Source of the DNA: the human T2T-CHM13v2.0 reference genome, Homo sapiens
Strand: one strand, 5' to 3'
Assembly: GCF_009914755.1 (NCBI RefSeq)
Contig: NC_060926.1
Length of the DNA stretch: 64,000 nucleotides
This document shows positions 1 to 17,544 of this stretch, in pieces. How positions within the stretch are numbered: the stretch's first letter is position 1; each line of letters begins with the position of its first letter. The translations under genes and the position numbers were made by a program. Below the pieces are notes generated by a model that was not told the origin of the DNA, searched no databases, and saw only the letters and a program-made list of their open reading frames with translations.

Positions 1-460
1 CTATCTGGTAAGTTTATTTCAGTTCTAATGTTTTGATGCAGTTTTCTTTTATCCATTTTTCTGCTGAGATTTCATATTTTTAAATTCATTGAAAACATAT
101 AATCCTTTACATTATCAAGGATATTTATACAAGATTCTTTGAAATACTCAAACGTTAATTCTAACATTTATTCTGTATCTCATGTCTGGCCTTCATTGAT
201 TTTCTTTTTTCTATTGAGAATGGATTCTATTTTCCTGGTTCTTCGTATGTCAGGTAATTTTGAATTATATCCTCAACATTCTAATGTTAAGCTATAGAGA
301 TTCTGGATTTATTTATTTTTATCTGATAACTGGTTTTTAGGGATATTGTTGTTTGTTCTAACAGACACTTAATTTGGTCGGATTGAACTACAAATGCACT
401 CCTGGGAGTTAGCTAAAATTTTAAAATAAGAATTTTGTAATTAAGCTCTCTTCAGTCTAA
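1..460 (-). mobile_element. Probable ancient L1M fragment
   Basis: T-rich degenerate sequence resembling antisense old L1 (gtatgtcaggtaattttgaattatatcctcaacatt). Boundaries uncertain. Confidence 0.35.
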
Positions 461-2791
461 TGCTCCTCCAGCTGAGCTATTTCAGCAAAGACAGTTAAAC
501 TGTTCTGAGTATGCTCCAACCACTCATGTTTCATCAGTCATTCAGAGATGCAGGTAGACATAAACCAAATAGTCCTTGGCTGACTCTTCCTCATCTGTGA
601 ATACTCCTCCCTCTCCAATGGTTATGGTTGTCTCATCCTAAATCTTCTAATTAACCAGAAAGATTGTCATTTTTCCAACAGTGCCCTGACAACTGCACCT
701 TCTTCAGGCTAAAAGGATAAAAATAGAGATTTCTTACTATACAACTCCTGCTTACAAGCATGGACTCCACTAGAATCTGCTTCGATCTATTGTTTTCCAG
801 TAACTGCCTTTTGTGGTTTTTTTTTTTCAGAGTTTATTTTTATCTGCAGTAGAGTTTGTCTGTCTAATTGGAGTTTCTCATCCATTACTGAAAGTAGAAC
901 AATGGATAATACTTTTAAACATTATTTCTGTTTTCTTGTTTTTTTTTTTAAAAAAAAAAGTCCTTTTCAGCACACCAATTATATGTATGTTGTTATTTCT
1001 TTGCTTGTCCTTCATTTAAACCACTTTCTTTCTGACTCTTTTTACTGCTTTCTTTACATAATTTTTATTATATTTTATATTTTCCTGCTTTTACTCAATG
1101 TTTTTCATATTGTTTCAAATTGTTTTTATCTTCCTTAGGCAACTTCTAATTTAATCTTCATTACTGGTATATTTTGTCTTTTTAAATTTATTTTTTGAGT
1201 TCAATTAATTTTAATTTCATTGAGAGAATTTTCCTGACGTGAACTGTTTAGATTTTAATTTTCTAAGTTGTTTAAAGTACTTATAGATAGATGAATAAAC
1301 GGATACTGTTTTTTGTATCTGCAGTCTGTGGACAGAGCTGGTAGTTAAGTGCTGTTTATGAGGTTCCAGGCACAAAGCATATCTTCAGCCAGTATAGAAA
1401 AGAAGGTTTTCTTTACTGATTTGGTAATGGGAGATAAATAAATGAGAGAAAATATATAAGAAGGTGTTTTGTGTTCCTCTTTATTTGATTTAGTAATCTT
1501 GCAGGATAATGAATTCCCTCTTCTTGCTTATTTTTTCCTTGTCTACTCGATTTCTAAAAGGCACTACTCCACTTTTTCTAAAAATATTTTTCCCTTCAAA
1601 CAATATTTTTCTAAGGCTCACTTTTTAGGTTCTGGATGAATTTTTAGTGTTTTTCCTGTAAACTGTGCCCTGAACAATACATTATTTCGGTGTTTTTTAC
1701 ATCTGTGCCTACTTTCTTTTTTGGTATTTTTTTTCTGATCAATTTTAGGCTTGTCATAAATTTTGTATACTCTGTGTCTTGCAATTTTTCCAGAGCTATT
1801 TTTATATTACCCAAAAGCTTGTATCAAGAATGGTAGGAGACACCTTGCCAGGATTTGGTATTTATTTTTCTACTTACAATTAATTTGAGCGTTGAATGTT
1901 CTCTGTTTTCTTGTTTTGGGTATAAGTTTTACATAGGTTTTTTTGTTTGTTTGCCTGAGAAGTTAGGAATGCCCTCCATTGCTTCCCCTACTAATAATCT
2001 TATATTTAGTATATTGGCATGAAATTAGAGCTTAGGTTACAAACATACTACTCACTCTGCAGATGAGCAAATGAGTGTGAAAATTCTCATTTTTGATGAG
2101 GATTTATATATCTGCATTCATCAGCTAGGGAAATAACCGTAGCATGAACTGAGAGGTGGACCTCTTGGGAGAGAGCCTCAGTTCAAAATTTTATTTATAA
2201 CTTAACCCATTAAATCCCAAATCACTGAAGGTTTGTTCTAGGTCTCTCTATGACCGGGTTAAACAACTTCCACACCTCTAAGCATTACCCTGCTAAATGG
2301 ATGCAAGTTCTTCTAAGAAAGGCTGAATGAAGATTCACATGACATGCCTGTGACGATATTGTGAGTCTCTTCTTTTTGAGTTCCTAGGCATTCACTTTAT
2401 TAGGGCTTTGGATATGTGAAAAGACACATCTATTTGAATTTGATAAGAAACTATGTTTCTTAAGGAGACCTCAGATTTTTGATTTATATTTTTTTAATGT
2501 GAAATAGCTGTTTAGTAAGTTATCCTTTGTTTTAGCCCCTAGGAGTCCGTGATCAAAAAGTCATAATTGAAGCTCACTCAGAGTCAGGACATTTAGTTCA
2601 CCCCCTTGGTCCCAATATGTGAGTACCTTTTCCACCATGCTTGTAGTGATCCCGTGCTACTTATTGGTGTCTGCCATCCTACATAGTTTAATGTCATTAA
2701 AATTAGATAGCCCATTTGAACTACCTTGTTGTCCACATGCATCATCAGCCCAGAGAGAACCACTAAACTATTTTAAGAAATACTAATATTC

Positions 2792-3090
2792 ATGAGAACA
2801 TATGGATACAGGGAAGGAAACAACACACAGTGGGGCCTGTCGTGGTATGGAGAGCAAGGGGAGAAAGAGCATTAGGATGAATACCTAATGCATGCAGGAC
2901 TTAAAACCTAGATGACAGGTTGATAGGGGCAGCAAACCACCATGTCACATGTGTACGTACCTATGTAACTAATCTGCACATTCTGCACATCTATCCCAGA
3001 ACTTAAAGTAAAATAAAAAATAAAAAACTATAAAATTAATATATTCAAAGTGATAGTTATCTACAAAATAAATTCCTGTTGACAAAAAAA
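2792..3090 (+). mobile_element. 5'-truncated L1PA 3' end with extra 3' sequence
   Basis: L1PA 3'UTR (atgagaaca...cccagaacttaaagtaaaat). 17-bp TSD aagaaatactaat(a/c)ttc at 2775-2791 and 3089-3105. Confidence 0.9.
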
Positions 3091-4391
3091 GAAATACTAA
3101 TCTTCCTTTCACTAACGACTTCTTTAAGGTTTTAGAAAAGTCATGTCTTCTGTGTCTTCCTATAGATTACAGATGAATAATGAATGGATTACACTCAATA
3201 ATTCCACCCTAGCATTTTTCTCTTTGTTATCTGAAAGAATTTATGGTATCTCAAATTAACTTAGATTGTGCCTCTCGAGTAGACCAAGCAAACCTTTAAA
3301 ACTACTCCTACTGCTCTAAGTAGCATATTGAATCCAGAATCTCATATGTCTTCCAGATTTTAAAATAAATTAGTCTGATCTATATTTACATTCTTCCCTA
3401 TTTGTTCTAGCATCCTTGGAATCCATTCCTACACATACTGCTCAGATTGTTTTTGCTGATACAAATTAACGAAGAACTGACTTCTTCAGACCTCTTAGGC
3501 ATGCATGCTGCAATGTGTGTGCACCTATGTATCTGGAGGAAATGAGGGTTGGAAGGGAAGGGAATGAACAAAGTTGAGGTTCTTTTGCAAAATAGACAAG
3601 GGAGACACAATGACTTCAAGCCAAGCTGGAACAGACTCTTTAGACAAAAACAAGCTTACTTCAGCCAGCAAGGTAGGCTCAGCAGCATTAGAAGCTTGGG
3701 TAGCTCCAATTTTTCCAAATGCTACTATGGCAATTCTTAGAGCCCATTCTTTCTTAATCAATTTCCTAAGAGATTTGGAAACACTATATATTTAACCAAT
3801 GTTGTAATTTGGCAAAGCATATAATCCTCGACGCATTTGTTTCTCAGCTTACGATCTCAGCACTTTAGGTATAAAATGTATTAAAGATGTTATTTTAGTA
3901 GTTATAGAAAGTTCTTAGTTTTCAGTTTGTGCTTTGATACAAGAATACACTGATTTCAGCATATTATTCCTTTTCACGCTATCCAGTGCTCTTAGATGTG
4001 ACCACCCCACATCTAATAATGAATACATTATTCATTCTTTGAATAATGTATATTCTTTATAATACTTTATAGCAGTAGTCACTTAGTGGCTTTCAGTGTG
4101 TATTCCAGGTCACAATTAGGCAATAATTTAACAAATTATGTTGCAACTGTATATCACAGGCTGCTACAGGCTCATCCTTTAATGCTCTGGAAAGCACTAG
4201 ATTTTCATTGCCTTCTTTTCCATACAGGTCAGATAACAATGTGAGATTCCCCCAAACCCTATAAGGAAAGACCATTCACTCCCTTAATAGTCCCCATACT
4301 ATATATCAAGGTTCTTTGTTACAAGAAGCAGAAACAAACACTGATTTAAGCGGAAAAGACTTTTGTTGGAAAGATATTGAAGAACACATAT

Positions 4392-4900
4392 ATGGTCATT
4401 TGCTTTACCTTCCTCAGTTCTTCACCCTTCTTCGTATTCACAGCCTCAGGCTTTGTAATATCCACTCCCTAAGATGTTACATTTCTTTCCACTAGAGGCA
4501 GCATATATTCCTTACCCCATCGATTTTGGGCTCAACCATGGAATTTGCATAGTCCAATCAGGCATTCGAAGGTGTGATGTAAGCAGAGACTTCAAATGTG
4601 CTTGCTTGCTTGGGCCTTCTGTCATGCATTGTTACCTTTCATCATCAGAAAGACATCCCTCCAATAACTGGTAGTCCAAGAAACATAAAGAAAATGTGGA
4701 GGAGACCTGGACCTAACCACAGCTTGTAGCCACACCCTGCAAAGTCCAGCCTAGAAGGGCTGATCTTCTATCAACCTGCATCTATAAAAGTTTAAAAAAA
4801 AGCTTATGTTGAATGTGTTAAATGCCATTGACTTTTTTTTTTTTTGTAGGGAGCAGGGAGGATTGTGTTGAAGAATTTTTGTGGATATAGCTGATGGACA
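4392..4900 (+). mobile_element. MLT1 (H/I/J-like) MaLR LTR, apparently nested in an older antisense MLT1 LTR (~4300-5340)
   Basis: Motifs such as gtaagcagagacttcaaatgtgcttg and the terminal atagctgatggaca. The flanks resemble an antisense MLT1K/L. Confidence 0.55.
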
Positions 4901-5419
4901 CATCACGAAATCATAGAATCACCAGAATTACTAGATAACCAAGATTGAGAATGGCGGCAAGAGCCAAAGGAAACTAGGAATAGCTAAGACTCCACCACAG
5001 AAGGGATTTCTTAGGAGGGTACTATAGGTCTCATCACCACTGGATACTCCACTCTCCCAGCATATTCTGCAAACCTCAGGTACATGCTGAGAGTTTACTA
5101 TTCAGCCACAGCTTCAGAAAACAATCTCTAGTGGCCTCTGCTCTCTTCATCACTCTTCCATATTCAAAACTCAAGTAATTAGCCAGCCAAGGTCACGTGT
5201 TTCCATTCTCATTGCCAGAAAGTTGGGAGAAGGAATATCTTCCTTGCTGTGGCTTATAACAATCGTGTGATTCCTGAAGCATGTAAAAGGTACGTGAAAT
5301 CTGGGTAGCTATAACATGACAAATGTCTATTACAAGTCTTTGTCTGAAGGGGAATGATAACTCAGTGGAACCCACAGTCATATTTTCAAGCCAGACTATA
5401 CCTAAACATTACAGCAGTA

Positions 5420-5640
5420 GCAGTAACAGTCAACATGCATTTACGTTGTGCTAACCAATTGTTAAAAGAATGATCTATCCTTTTATTGTAGATAATGTAT
5501 CTCCTTTATAGAAATGAGAAAAATGGGGTTTAAGATGGTTAAGTAACCTGCTCAGATTCATACAGCTCAATGTGGCAAAGCCAAGAAAGAAACCAGGTTG
5601 GTCAGAGTACCAAACCCTGACTCTTAACCACTGGGATGCA
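5420..5640 (-). mobile_element. MIR SINE
   Basis: Core tttatagaaatgagaaaaatgggg...ggttaagtaacctgctcag...ctcttaaccact. Confidence 0.65.
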
Positions 5641-6358
5641 CTATTTCTCAAGTACTAAAGAACCATTTCCAAGACACAATGAGCTCTACGTCTTGTTAAG
5701 ACTAAGAGAGTTGATTACTCCATAAGCATCATCAATATCCTCCTCTGAGTCTTAATTCCATCGCTAGTTATTTTGTTATTGCTTTTATGCTATATTTTAA
5801 GCCAAGTTCCTCCTCTATTTTTTGCACAGATGAAATGGGAAATAACTGATCTTTCTTGAGTACTCGAAAACCTATTATAAAGCTTCCTCTCTGCTTCTCT
5901 CAACCAGCCTCTCACAATTTTTCTGTCTCTTAATGGAGCATGCTATTTTTTTCATTTCATTTTCTTTAATATTTTGAGTGGTTAGTGCTCCAAATATTTT
6001 CTAGAGAAAAGAATAATTTTACATTTTCCCTAAACCCTGACAAGCTATGAAAGCTCTTTGAGGTTTGTGGTGTATGTATATGTGCGTGTGTGTCTCTGTG
6101 TGTATACCCTACTATTGTTGTTAACAGAGTCTCTTAGAGGCCTGACAGTTACACTGTTCTCCACAAATACCTTGACAACTTACTGAAAAAAAGGAGTCAT
6201 GAGAGAGAGAAGGGTGCAGAAAACCATCTAGTGACCAGAGTCGTATGGTTGAAATCCTCACTTGGCCATTAACAAGCTATGTGGCACTGGCAATGAATTC
6301 AGATTATCTGAGGATTTATTCCACTGTTTACATAACAGGATAAAGAAGAAAGAATGTT

Positions 6359-6825
<467 letters not shown>

Positions 6826-8785
6826 TTAGCATTTTTGACAATTACTACTAATCATATTAATAAAAAACCATATCCTAAGCAATTCAGTTTATTTTGAGGA
6901 ATAACAATAAAATGTATTCCTGAACTTTAAAAATTACTATCCCATGAAATCATTCTCAGGGATCCTTTAACAGTTAGATATTCATGTGGGCATTATTTAA
7001 GTTTTCCATGGTGCAGTTCTTGTGTCACCACCACATAAATGAGTTGGCTATAACCACTAATAACCTACCTGAAAGCCAGGCCCAGGATTAAAACACATCT
7101 CATTGTGTTCTCACTACTTACCTCACTTCCCTAGTGTTTCCTACCCTTACAACGGGCTCTCAGTTTTGAAGGATTCCTTGCAATGTGAGCACTGAAATAT
7201 GACTGAGAGGAGGAAGAAGTGGAGTTCACAATGCTTGGGCTAGAAGGATTGAGGGGAAACCATTGAGGAAACACCTATATATGTTGGCCAGAACCATTTT
7301 TACATGTATTATTTTCATTTTTTTTTCAGCATCTGAAACCTAAAATATATGGTGTCTTTGGACCTTGAAGTCATTGTGTTTCCTATAAATGATCTTTCAG
7401 GCAATCTAGCGTAATATGTAACAGAATTACTGAGTAAATAAGGAGCTGGCAAAATCAAAGGGTATCATAGTTGAAGGACTATCATGTCATATCATGACAG
7501 TGTGGAAAGTCAACTTGATGCACGATTGAGATTTCTCCTCTTTCGGGAAGTCATCTTACATTGTGACTGCCAAGTCTTAAAGAGACAGGGAATTAGTGAT
7601 GTCGGTTTGAAGAACTGGGAAGTGATTTTCCTTTCATTTTTCATTACCTTCTCATCAGCTGCACAAGCAGGAAGTGAGATCATTTGTATTCATAGAGACA
7701 AAGAGAATGACATGTCATAAGCAGGGAGAAAAATTACTATGGCCTGGTTATACTCATATATGTTTCTAGCTGACTTGAGCCCTTTTAGAAGTTAGTGGGA
7801 TATAAATCTTTAGTATTGTGTGAAGCAAAGTTTATTAGGTACCATAGCTATGCAATGAGTAACTAAGCAATACTAAAGTATTTGGGTAGGATTGGGATGG
7901 GGACAAAAATAATTTTATTATTGAATCAGAAATGAGCTAATTAGTTGAAGGACTTCAAAAAGGGTCTAGATGATTCATGCTCTTAACTAAAAATAACCAA
8001 AGAAAGAGAATTATAAATTAAAATGTTTGATATTGCTTGGTATTTTTCACCTTGACCATATATTATTGTCTACCTTCTACTTTATTTTTTTACTTAAAAT
8101 GATATGCAGTAGAAAGAATGCTCTCAGATGCCATTTGTTTGTTTTCTGTAATATAAATAACAGAGCTAAACATGTGCACTAAACAAAAATAAGTTATTTG
8201 TCTCCAAAACACATTCCATTAGTCATCTGGAAAACATCCGAGGTCACACTTCATGATCCTCAGATGAAATAAGTGATATGAATGAAAAATGATGGGGTTT
8301 CTCCAAAGGATGGCAAAAGAAAGATTTGAAAATGAGTTTTTAATCTTCTTTCTTTGGTGCATTTCCTGGTCCTTATTAAAAGACAACAAAATGAGCTCAA
8401 GACTCCCTGGCAGGGCCCACACATAAATGAGCTGGGCTGGGGCTTCTGCAATCATCAGATACTTCAAAGAAGTGTTCATGATGCTCATCTTACTCAGTGC
8501 ATTTTACACCCAGTTGTCTAGTACCACATTCCCAGGGGGAAATTTGGGTACTTCCATCACCACCTGAAATTACAGCTCCAGCTGTCAATGACATAACAGC
8601 CCATTCTACTGTGACCAGATATATCAGCCAAGTATGCCACTGTGCAGGGGTCAAAGGAGGCTGGGTAGACTCTCCGTGCTGGCTGGCTGTGGAACTATTT
8701 CTTGCATACTTGCTACAGGAGGGTTCTCAACCATTGGTTATCCATGAATACAATTATATTCATTTAAATGGAAATAGAATTATTC

Positions 8786-8895
8786 CCTCTCTGCCTCTCC
8801 CCTAATTTCTATCTGAAATTATTCTCTGTCTCTCTCTCCCCTGATATCTATCTGAATTTCTCTCTCTCTCTCTCTCTCTCTCTCCTAATTTATTT
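8786..8895. repeat. Degenerate ~36-bp pyrimidine-rich tandem repeat with (CT)n
   Basis: ctctcccct(a/g)at(t/a)tctatctgaa repeated about three times, then (ct)n at 8858-8884. Confidence 0.6.
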
Positions 8896-8949
8896 CTAAA
8901 ATGTAGCAATTGCTTCCATTCCATTTTCATCCTTGAAATACTGTTCTAG

Positions 8950-12008
<3,059 letters not shown>

Positions 12009-12029
12009 TGTCTTCATTTTTAATCACAT

Positions 12030-13957
12030 TGTTGCAGGATCCTTGGGGTGTCACTTTTCTGGCAGGAAACCTCTATGGCTGGTGGCACTTTTACCTGAGT
12101 TTTGCTTGGGCCCGCTGAGCTGGTTCCACCCACTCAGCCTGGCAAGGCTGCACTTGGCTCACACTACCAGCCTGGATCCCATGCCTCACAAGGGCGAGCC
12201 AGGTGTGGAGTGGTGAGGGGTGTGTGAAAGAGTGACTGTGGGGTCTGGCCACTGCACAAAGTCAAGTGTGCTGGCTAATGCAGTGCGGTGGGCAGCTCCA
12301 GGTGGGGGCATGGGCACTGGCTCTCTGCAAAACTGCGGCTGGACCAGGTGCACCGCAAGCAGCTTCCACAAATGCCAATGCGGAATGTGGTCGCACCCAA
12401 AATATTGGAGACTCCAGGAACCGCTGGCCCCAGAAGAGGGAGTCACAGCCCTGGTTTAGGGGGGCTCCCAGGTCTGCACTCCCCAAAGGGACACAGCTCT
12501 TCTCCCCTTCTCTTCACCTGCAATGTGGCAAGCAAGGGGCGTGTTTCAGCCCTGTTTGTGTTACAACTCTTTCACCCAGCCATTTGGCAGGTCTTGAGTT
12601 CTTGTCCTGCATCCAGGAAGAACAAGGTATGCAGACAAGTGGAAGGTGAGCAAGGCAAAGAGGAGCTTTATTGAGTGACACAATAGCTCAGAGGAGGTCC
12701 GGGAGTGGGTAGCTTCTCTCTGTAGGCAAGTTGTCACATCAAGTGTTCAGCCCTCAGCAGAGAGGAGGCCCCTGGAGTGGGTAGATTCTCTCTGCAGGCA
12801 GGCTGTCCCATTGTCTCTGCAGAGAGTTGCAGAGAGGAGGCCCTGGAGTGAGTAGCTACTCTCTGCAGCTGGTCATTTCTGACATCTGCAGCTCTCGGCA
12901 GAGAGGAGGCCCTGGAGTGGGTAGCTCCTCTCTGTAGCTGATCATCCCATCTGCTCAGCTCTGGCCGAGCCCAGGACTTTTATGGGCCTCAGATTGGAGG
13001 AAGTGCATGCCAATTGGTCCATGGGCAGCCATGATCAGGCCCAGAAAAGTCACCACAAGTTCCCACTCTGGTCCACGGACTGGCAGCCTGGTCCCCAGCC
13101 TTCAGTTCCTCCCTGGCCTGAAAGTGGGGCCTCACCAGGGACCCACCCCATTTTGCCCTGTCTGCCTCCCTCCCATTGCTGTTCATGGTGCCCAGGCTTT
13201 CATGCCAAGGGGCACCTGGAGGCCAGAGCCAAGCTGCCCTCAGCACCCCTTCAACTTCCCTCCCGTACTTGGCAGCACCTGAAGTCTGGAGGGGGCTGAG
13301 GTGGCAGTGGGCTGGCATGTCAGCACTGCCCTGAGTGTGCACATGGCTGGCCAGGCTGCAACAGCATCTGGGCTCGACCCGAACCTTGTTCTAAGATCAG
13401 AGTGGGTGCCAGAAATGGGGAGAGGCCAGGTAGTGGGAACAGACACCACCAAGCCTGTGAAGGCAGGGAGTGGGTCCTTCCTGGGCCCCCAGAGTGCAGA
13501 GGTGCCCAGGTCTGTAGCTGTGGCTTGGGTGGTATAGCTTCCCCAGGGAGGGCAGGGCTCCTGACTGCTCTGTGGAGCAGGAGGCCCAGGTCTGCAGCCA
13601 CCACTTGGGTGGCTGCAGCTGTGCCCAGCAGGGCAGGACTCCTGCCTACTCCTGGCACCCCCAAGAGCACAGGGAAGCCCAGGTCTGCAGCCATGACTTG
13701 GGCAGCTATAGCTGCACCCAGAAGGGTGGAGATCCTGCCTGCTACATGGAGTGAGAAGCCTGTGTCCACAGCCACGACTTGGGTGGCTGCAGTTGCACCC
13801 AGGGAGCTCCTGTCCCACCAACTTGGAAGGGGCAGGGCTCCCACTTGTCCCTGGCTCCCACTTGCTCTGTTGATGGAGTGTACAGCTTTGGCCATCCTTC
13901 CCTGCTGCAGCCAGAGTGATGGCAGCAACCACTCCAGATGGGCCACCACTGCCATCA
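12030..13957 (-). mobile_element. MER52-family ERV1 solo LTR (~1.9 kb)
   Basis: Minus strand begins TGatggcagtggtggcccatctggag and ends ...ggatcctgcaaCA. 4-bp TSD acat/atat. GC-rich with internal tandem repeats. Confidence 0.82.
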
Positions 13958-14523
13958 ATATCATTTCAGCCAAACTAAGGGAACCTATCCAATTTGAACT
14001 CAGTTCTCTTTTGTATTCTCTAAGACAATTGCAGTTCCAAATCTTCAGAGTCATGTTCATTTTAAAAGGTTTTCATTGTAAAGGTTCTTGTTCTTTAACT
14101 TGAATAACAATGTTATACTGTGGAATGGTCTCTGACTAAATTTTATCCAAATATTGATCAACATAAGATTAAATAGAGAGGGTATACTATAATGCAGATG
14201 TAGTTGTATGTATACTGTAATGTAGACATTTCAGTCACCAATATAGCATGTTGCTAAAGTGTAGACTTATCTGATAGTTGGCCATTTATGTTGTGTGATA
14301 ATCTGTACAGAAAACCATAATCATGTAGAAGAGCATAGTTTAAATGTACTATACAAAATGATGTACTAAAACTTATTCTGGGAAGAGGCCAAAAAGATTC
14401 ACCAGATTGCCAAATAATCCATGAAATTAAAAGATTTGGAACTCTGCTCTAAGTCACAAGCAGTGGCTTGTGCTGCATGAGGAGATAATGGAAGAGCCGA
14501 CGAGGTCAAGGACACACCTGAAG

Positions 14524-15033
14524 CAGGGCTAGTATCATGGGCATGTGGCCAGTGCAGTTACACAGGGCCCCATACTCAGAAGGGGACATTATGCTTGGAG
14601 TTAATGCTCTGCAGTTGTCATCTTGAAATTCTTAAACATTTTATCTTTGCGTTTTAGTTTTGCAAATGAAGTCAGTTGAAAAAACAGAACATGTGCCAGT
14701 GGCCTGGAGACTTGGTTCATCCACCTACTACCTCCTCCTCACCTTCCTGCCTCTCTAGGACAGGTTCTTGGCCATCAGTTCCCTCAACACTGCACAAAGC
14801 CTGCTGCCACCATATACCTGGGCTACAGCTTAGGCATGAGTGCAGGGAGGGTTGATGTTAGACACCACCAAAGGCTGCGTCATGGGATAAGGCCCTCATG
14901 CCTCAGGAGTATTCTATACCCAAGGGAGGAAGACGTTTAGTAGCAAAAACATCTTGACAGATCAAGGCTTCAGACTACAGGAAAAAAGAACAAGCACTTT
15001 TCTCCCCCTGCTTTTTGAACAAAGGAAACTGCA
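14524..15033 (+). mobile_element. MER45 (B/C-like) hAT DNA transposon
   Basis: Begins cagggctagtatcatgggcatgtggccagtgcagttacacagggcccc...ttaatgctctg...tcttgaaattcttaa, and ends near ttttgaacaaagg. Confidence 0.72.
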
Positions 15034-17544
15034 TTAAAAAAAAAAAAAAAAAAAAAAAAAACTATGAGGATGTTACAGAGAGGTCTCATATACCCAACCC
15101 TTAGTTAATTAGTGATGAAGTTGGAATTCAAACCCAGTTTATGGGGTCCCAAGACTCACAGTTATGTAAGTTGATGGAGCCATTATTTTGTTTTCTAGCC
15201 AAGGGCATTGAAAGGTTATGTAGTGGGCCATCTAGATCTCATTGAATTTCCCCAAACTCAGCTTCCTCTTCCACCTAACATCACCAAATGCCACACTCCT
15301 TTCTCTCAAGACTGAATTTGGAGGCCTTTTTAAAACCCCTGTAATCACCTTCCTGGTGGCACAAGAGTTCAATATATTCAGTGGCCAGGCACTTAAAAAT
15401 ACAACTATCAGACCTTGAATTTGAAGACGAAAGTCAAATTTTCCAATTCTGCTTTTTAAAAATGCAAAGGTCTGCAGCATCCCCTAAGAGAAGAAAGGTA
15501 GGTCACTTTTCAAATAGGGATAAAGAATGTTCTATCTCTGAGTGAATCCTTATAGAAATCTAGCAGTTTCCTCTCAACATCTTACTCTCCCAATCAAACT
15601 AGTTTTCTCTGGCTCCCCTAAGTGTTGGCACTATTGCTTATTTTATTACCTACAGCAATAGAGTTTGTCATCAGTCTTATATCTGTGCCTAATTACATCT
15701 ATTCCAAATGTAAAAAATCAAATCCAGACTTACCACAGTTGCCAGCCTCCCCTGAGCTCCTGCCAAACATTGAGAGTAAGAAGCATGAACAAGGCTGTCC
15801 ACAGGAGCCCATAAGCCCTACTTGGCCTATCCCCGTCAGTGCTGTGGTCCTGGACCAGGTGTTGTTGCCACATAAAGAGCACAGTGATTGAACAATATGA
15901 CTGAAACTCAGCATGGCACCCATTTTACATTCACCATAGAATGATCTAAATTAATCATGTTCCAGCTCTACAGTTGTAGAAGAAAAGAAAAAATCCACTC
16001 TAAGTACAGCAAAAAAAAAGTATTATATTATGTTAACTATCCATTTTTTAACCTGTTCCTATGGTTGAGTAAGGCTGGCCTCTCTCATGGTTAGAAAAAT
16101 AGCCAAGAGAGATCGAGATGTGAATTTGAGTGTTTCTTCTTGGGGGTTTGCTTTGAAGTGTTTCTAGTACTTAATTATCCTCTAGGGTTCTAAAATAGGT
16201 TATGTTTCTTGAAGCTGCACTGAATCTGGAATTCATTACGTAATTTTTTGGTTTAGTGGAAAATAATTTAACAACAGGTAGTATTTGAAATTAAAACCAT
16301 GTTTGCTAAGGCTGGCACACCAGAGAGCAGCAAAGGTGGACAATCTAGTGAAGCTATTCTGAATAAATACTATTTTAAAATCATGCAACTTTTCTTTCCC
16401 CTTGTAAATATCTCTAAATCATTTCTTTCCCATCATTTCTACATATCTTGCTGTAAGAGACATAGCTGAGGTCAGATGAGTGATGTGATTTCTGGGAAAG
16501 TAAAGGAGACATCCAGTGTGGAACAAACACGGATAGTAACCTTGGAATGAGGCTCAGCAGAAGTTCCCAAAAACAAGATTTTGGGAGGAAAATGTTTGCT
16601 TTGCTTTTTAGTTTCCATAGAATATATGTGGCTAGACTAGAGAACAGTGACATAAGCTGAAACCAACTTAGGTTCTACTTTATCCTTAGCTTGGTGGAAT
16701 AAAAATATTAAGCCATAAACGTAATTTCACAATAAGAGACAATCTTTACATCACTCTTCTCCTAGAGTTGTCTTTTCATCAGCTCAAAACACATATTTAG
16801 AACATGAAAACAACATATGCCATGAGCTGTGTTAACATAGAATTGCTAATATTAAAACAGATGCCTAGTCTTAGCAGTGGAATAAAGGTTTGTTTGTTTG
16901 CCTTAAATTTTCCTCTGGAAAATGTCCCAAAAGTGGCAAGAAGGATGAGATGATGAGTGTTAGTGTGAAATCCAAAATCCATCATTGATGAAACTAAATA
17001 AAATTGGTCTCTCTGAAACACATTATCAAGAGAAAGGCTGGCTGATTCAGGGAAGACCAAACAGGAGTAAGAGGTGTGGCTGGCCAAAGACCCTCTTGGC
17101 AGAAGAGCCAGAAGAACGCAGTTGTTGAAAGAAAGCAACAAGTCCAAAACTTTCCTTTCGGCTATGGCAAGAATGGACGCACATGCTGGCAGTGGGAGGA
17201 TGTTTGAACCTTTATAGCATAAGGTTTTGAGGAGCAGGGAAAGTAAGTATGAATGAGGAATCACCAAGTAAATCAAATAATCCCAAGGCCACTCACCAAG
17301 GAGGGCAGATGGAGGAAAAATACCGCATACTAAGGAATTCTGCAGCAACTCATCCCAGCTGGGAAACAGCAAAGGCTAAAGGAACTCACATGCCTAACCT
17401 GAAATTATGAACAGAATTCCCCGTAGTTTATGGCATGGACTTTGCTCCTTCCCTAAATAAATTTCACAAAATATCTATCCAAGAATACATAATGTAAATC
17501 AAATCTGAATAATTATAATGATATTTACTGTCATGAATCTGATA

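Noticed and set aside
13240-14103. 230-246 aa overlapping ORFs
   Set aside because: They lie largely within the GC-rich repetitive MER52 LTR, are open on both strands, and show no recognisable domain.
16797-17372. 191-aa minus-strand ORF in apparently unique sequence
   Set aside because: Non-ATG start, Leu/Ser-rich composition typical of antisense purine-rich DNA, and no recognisable family.
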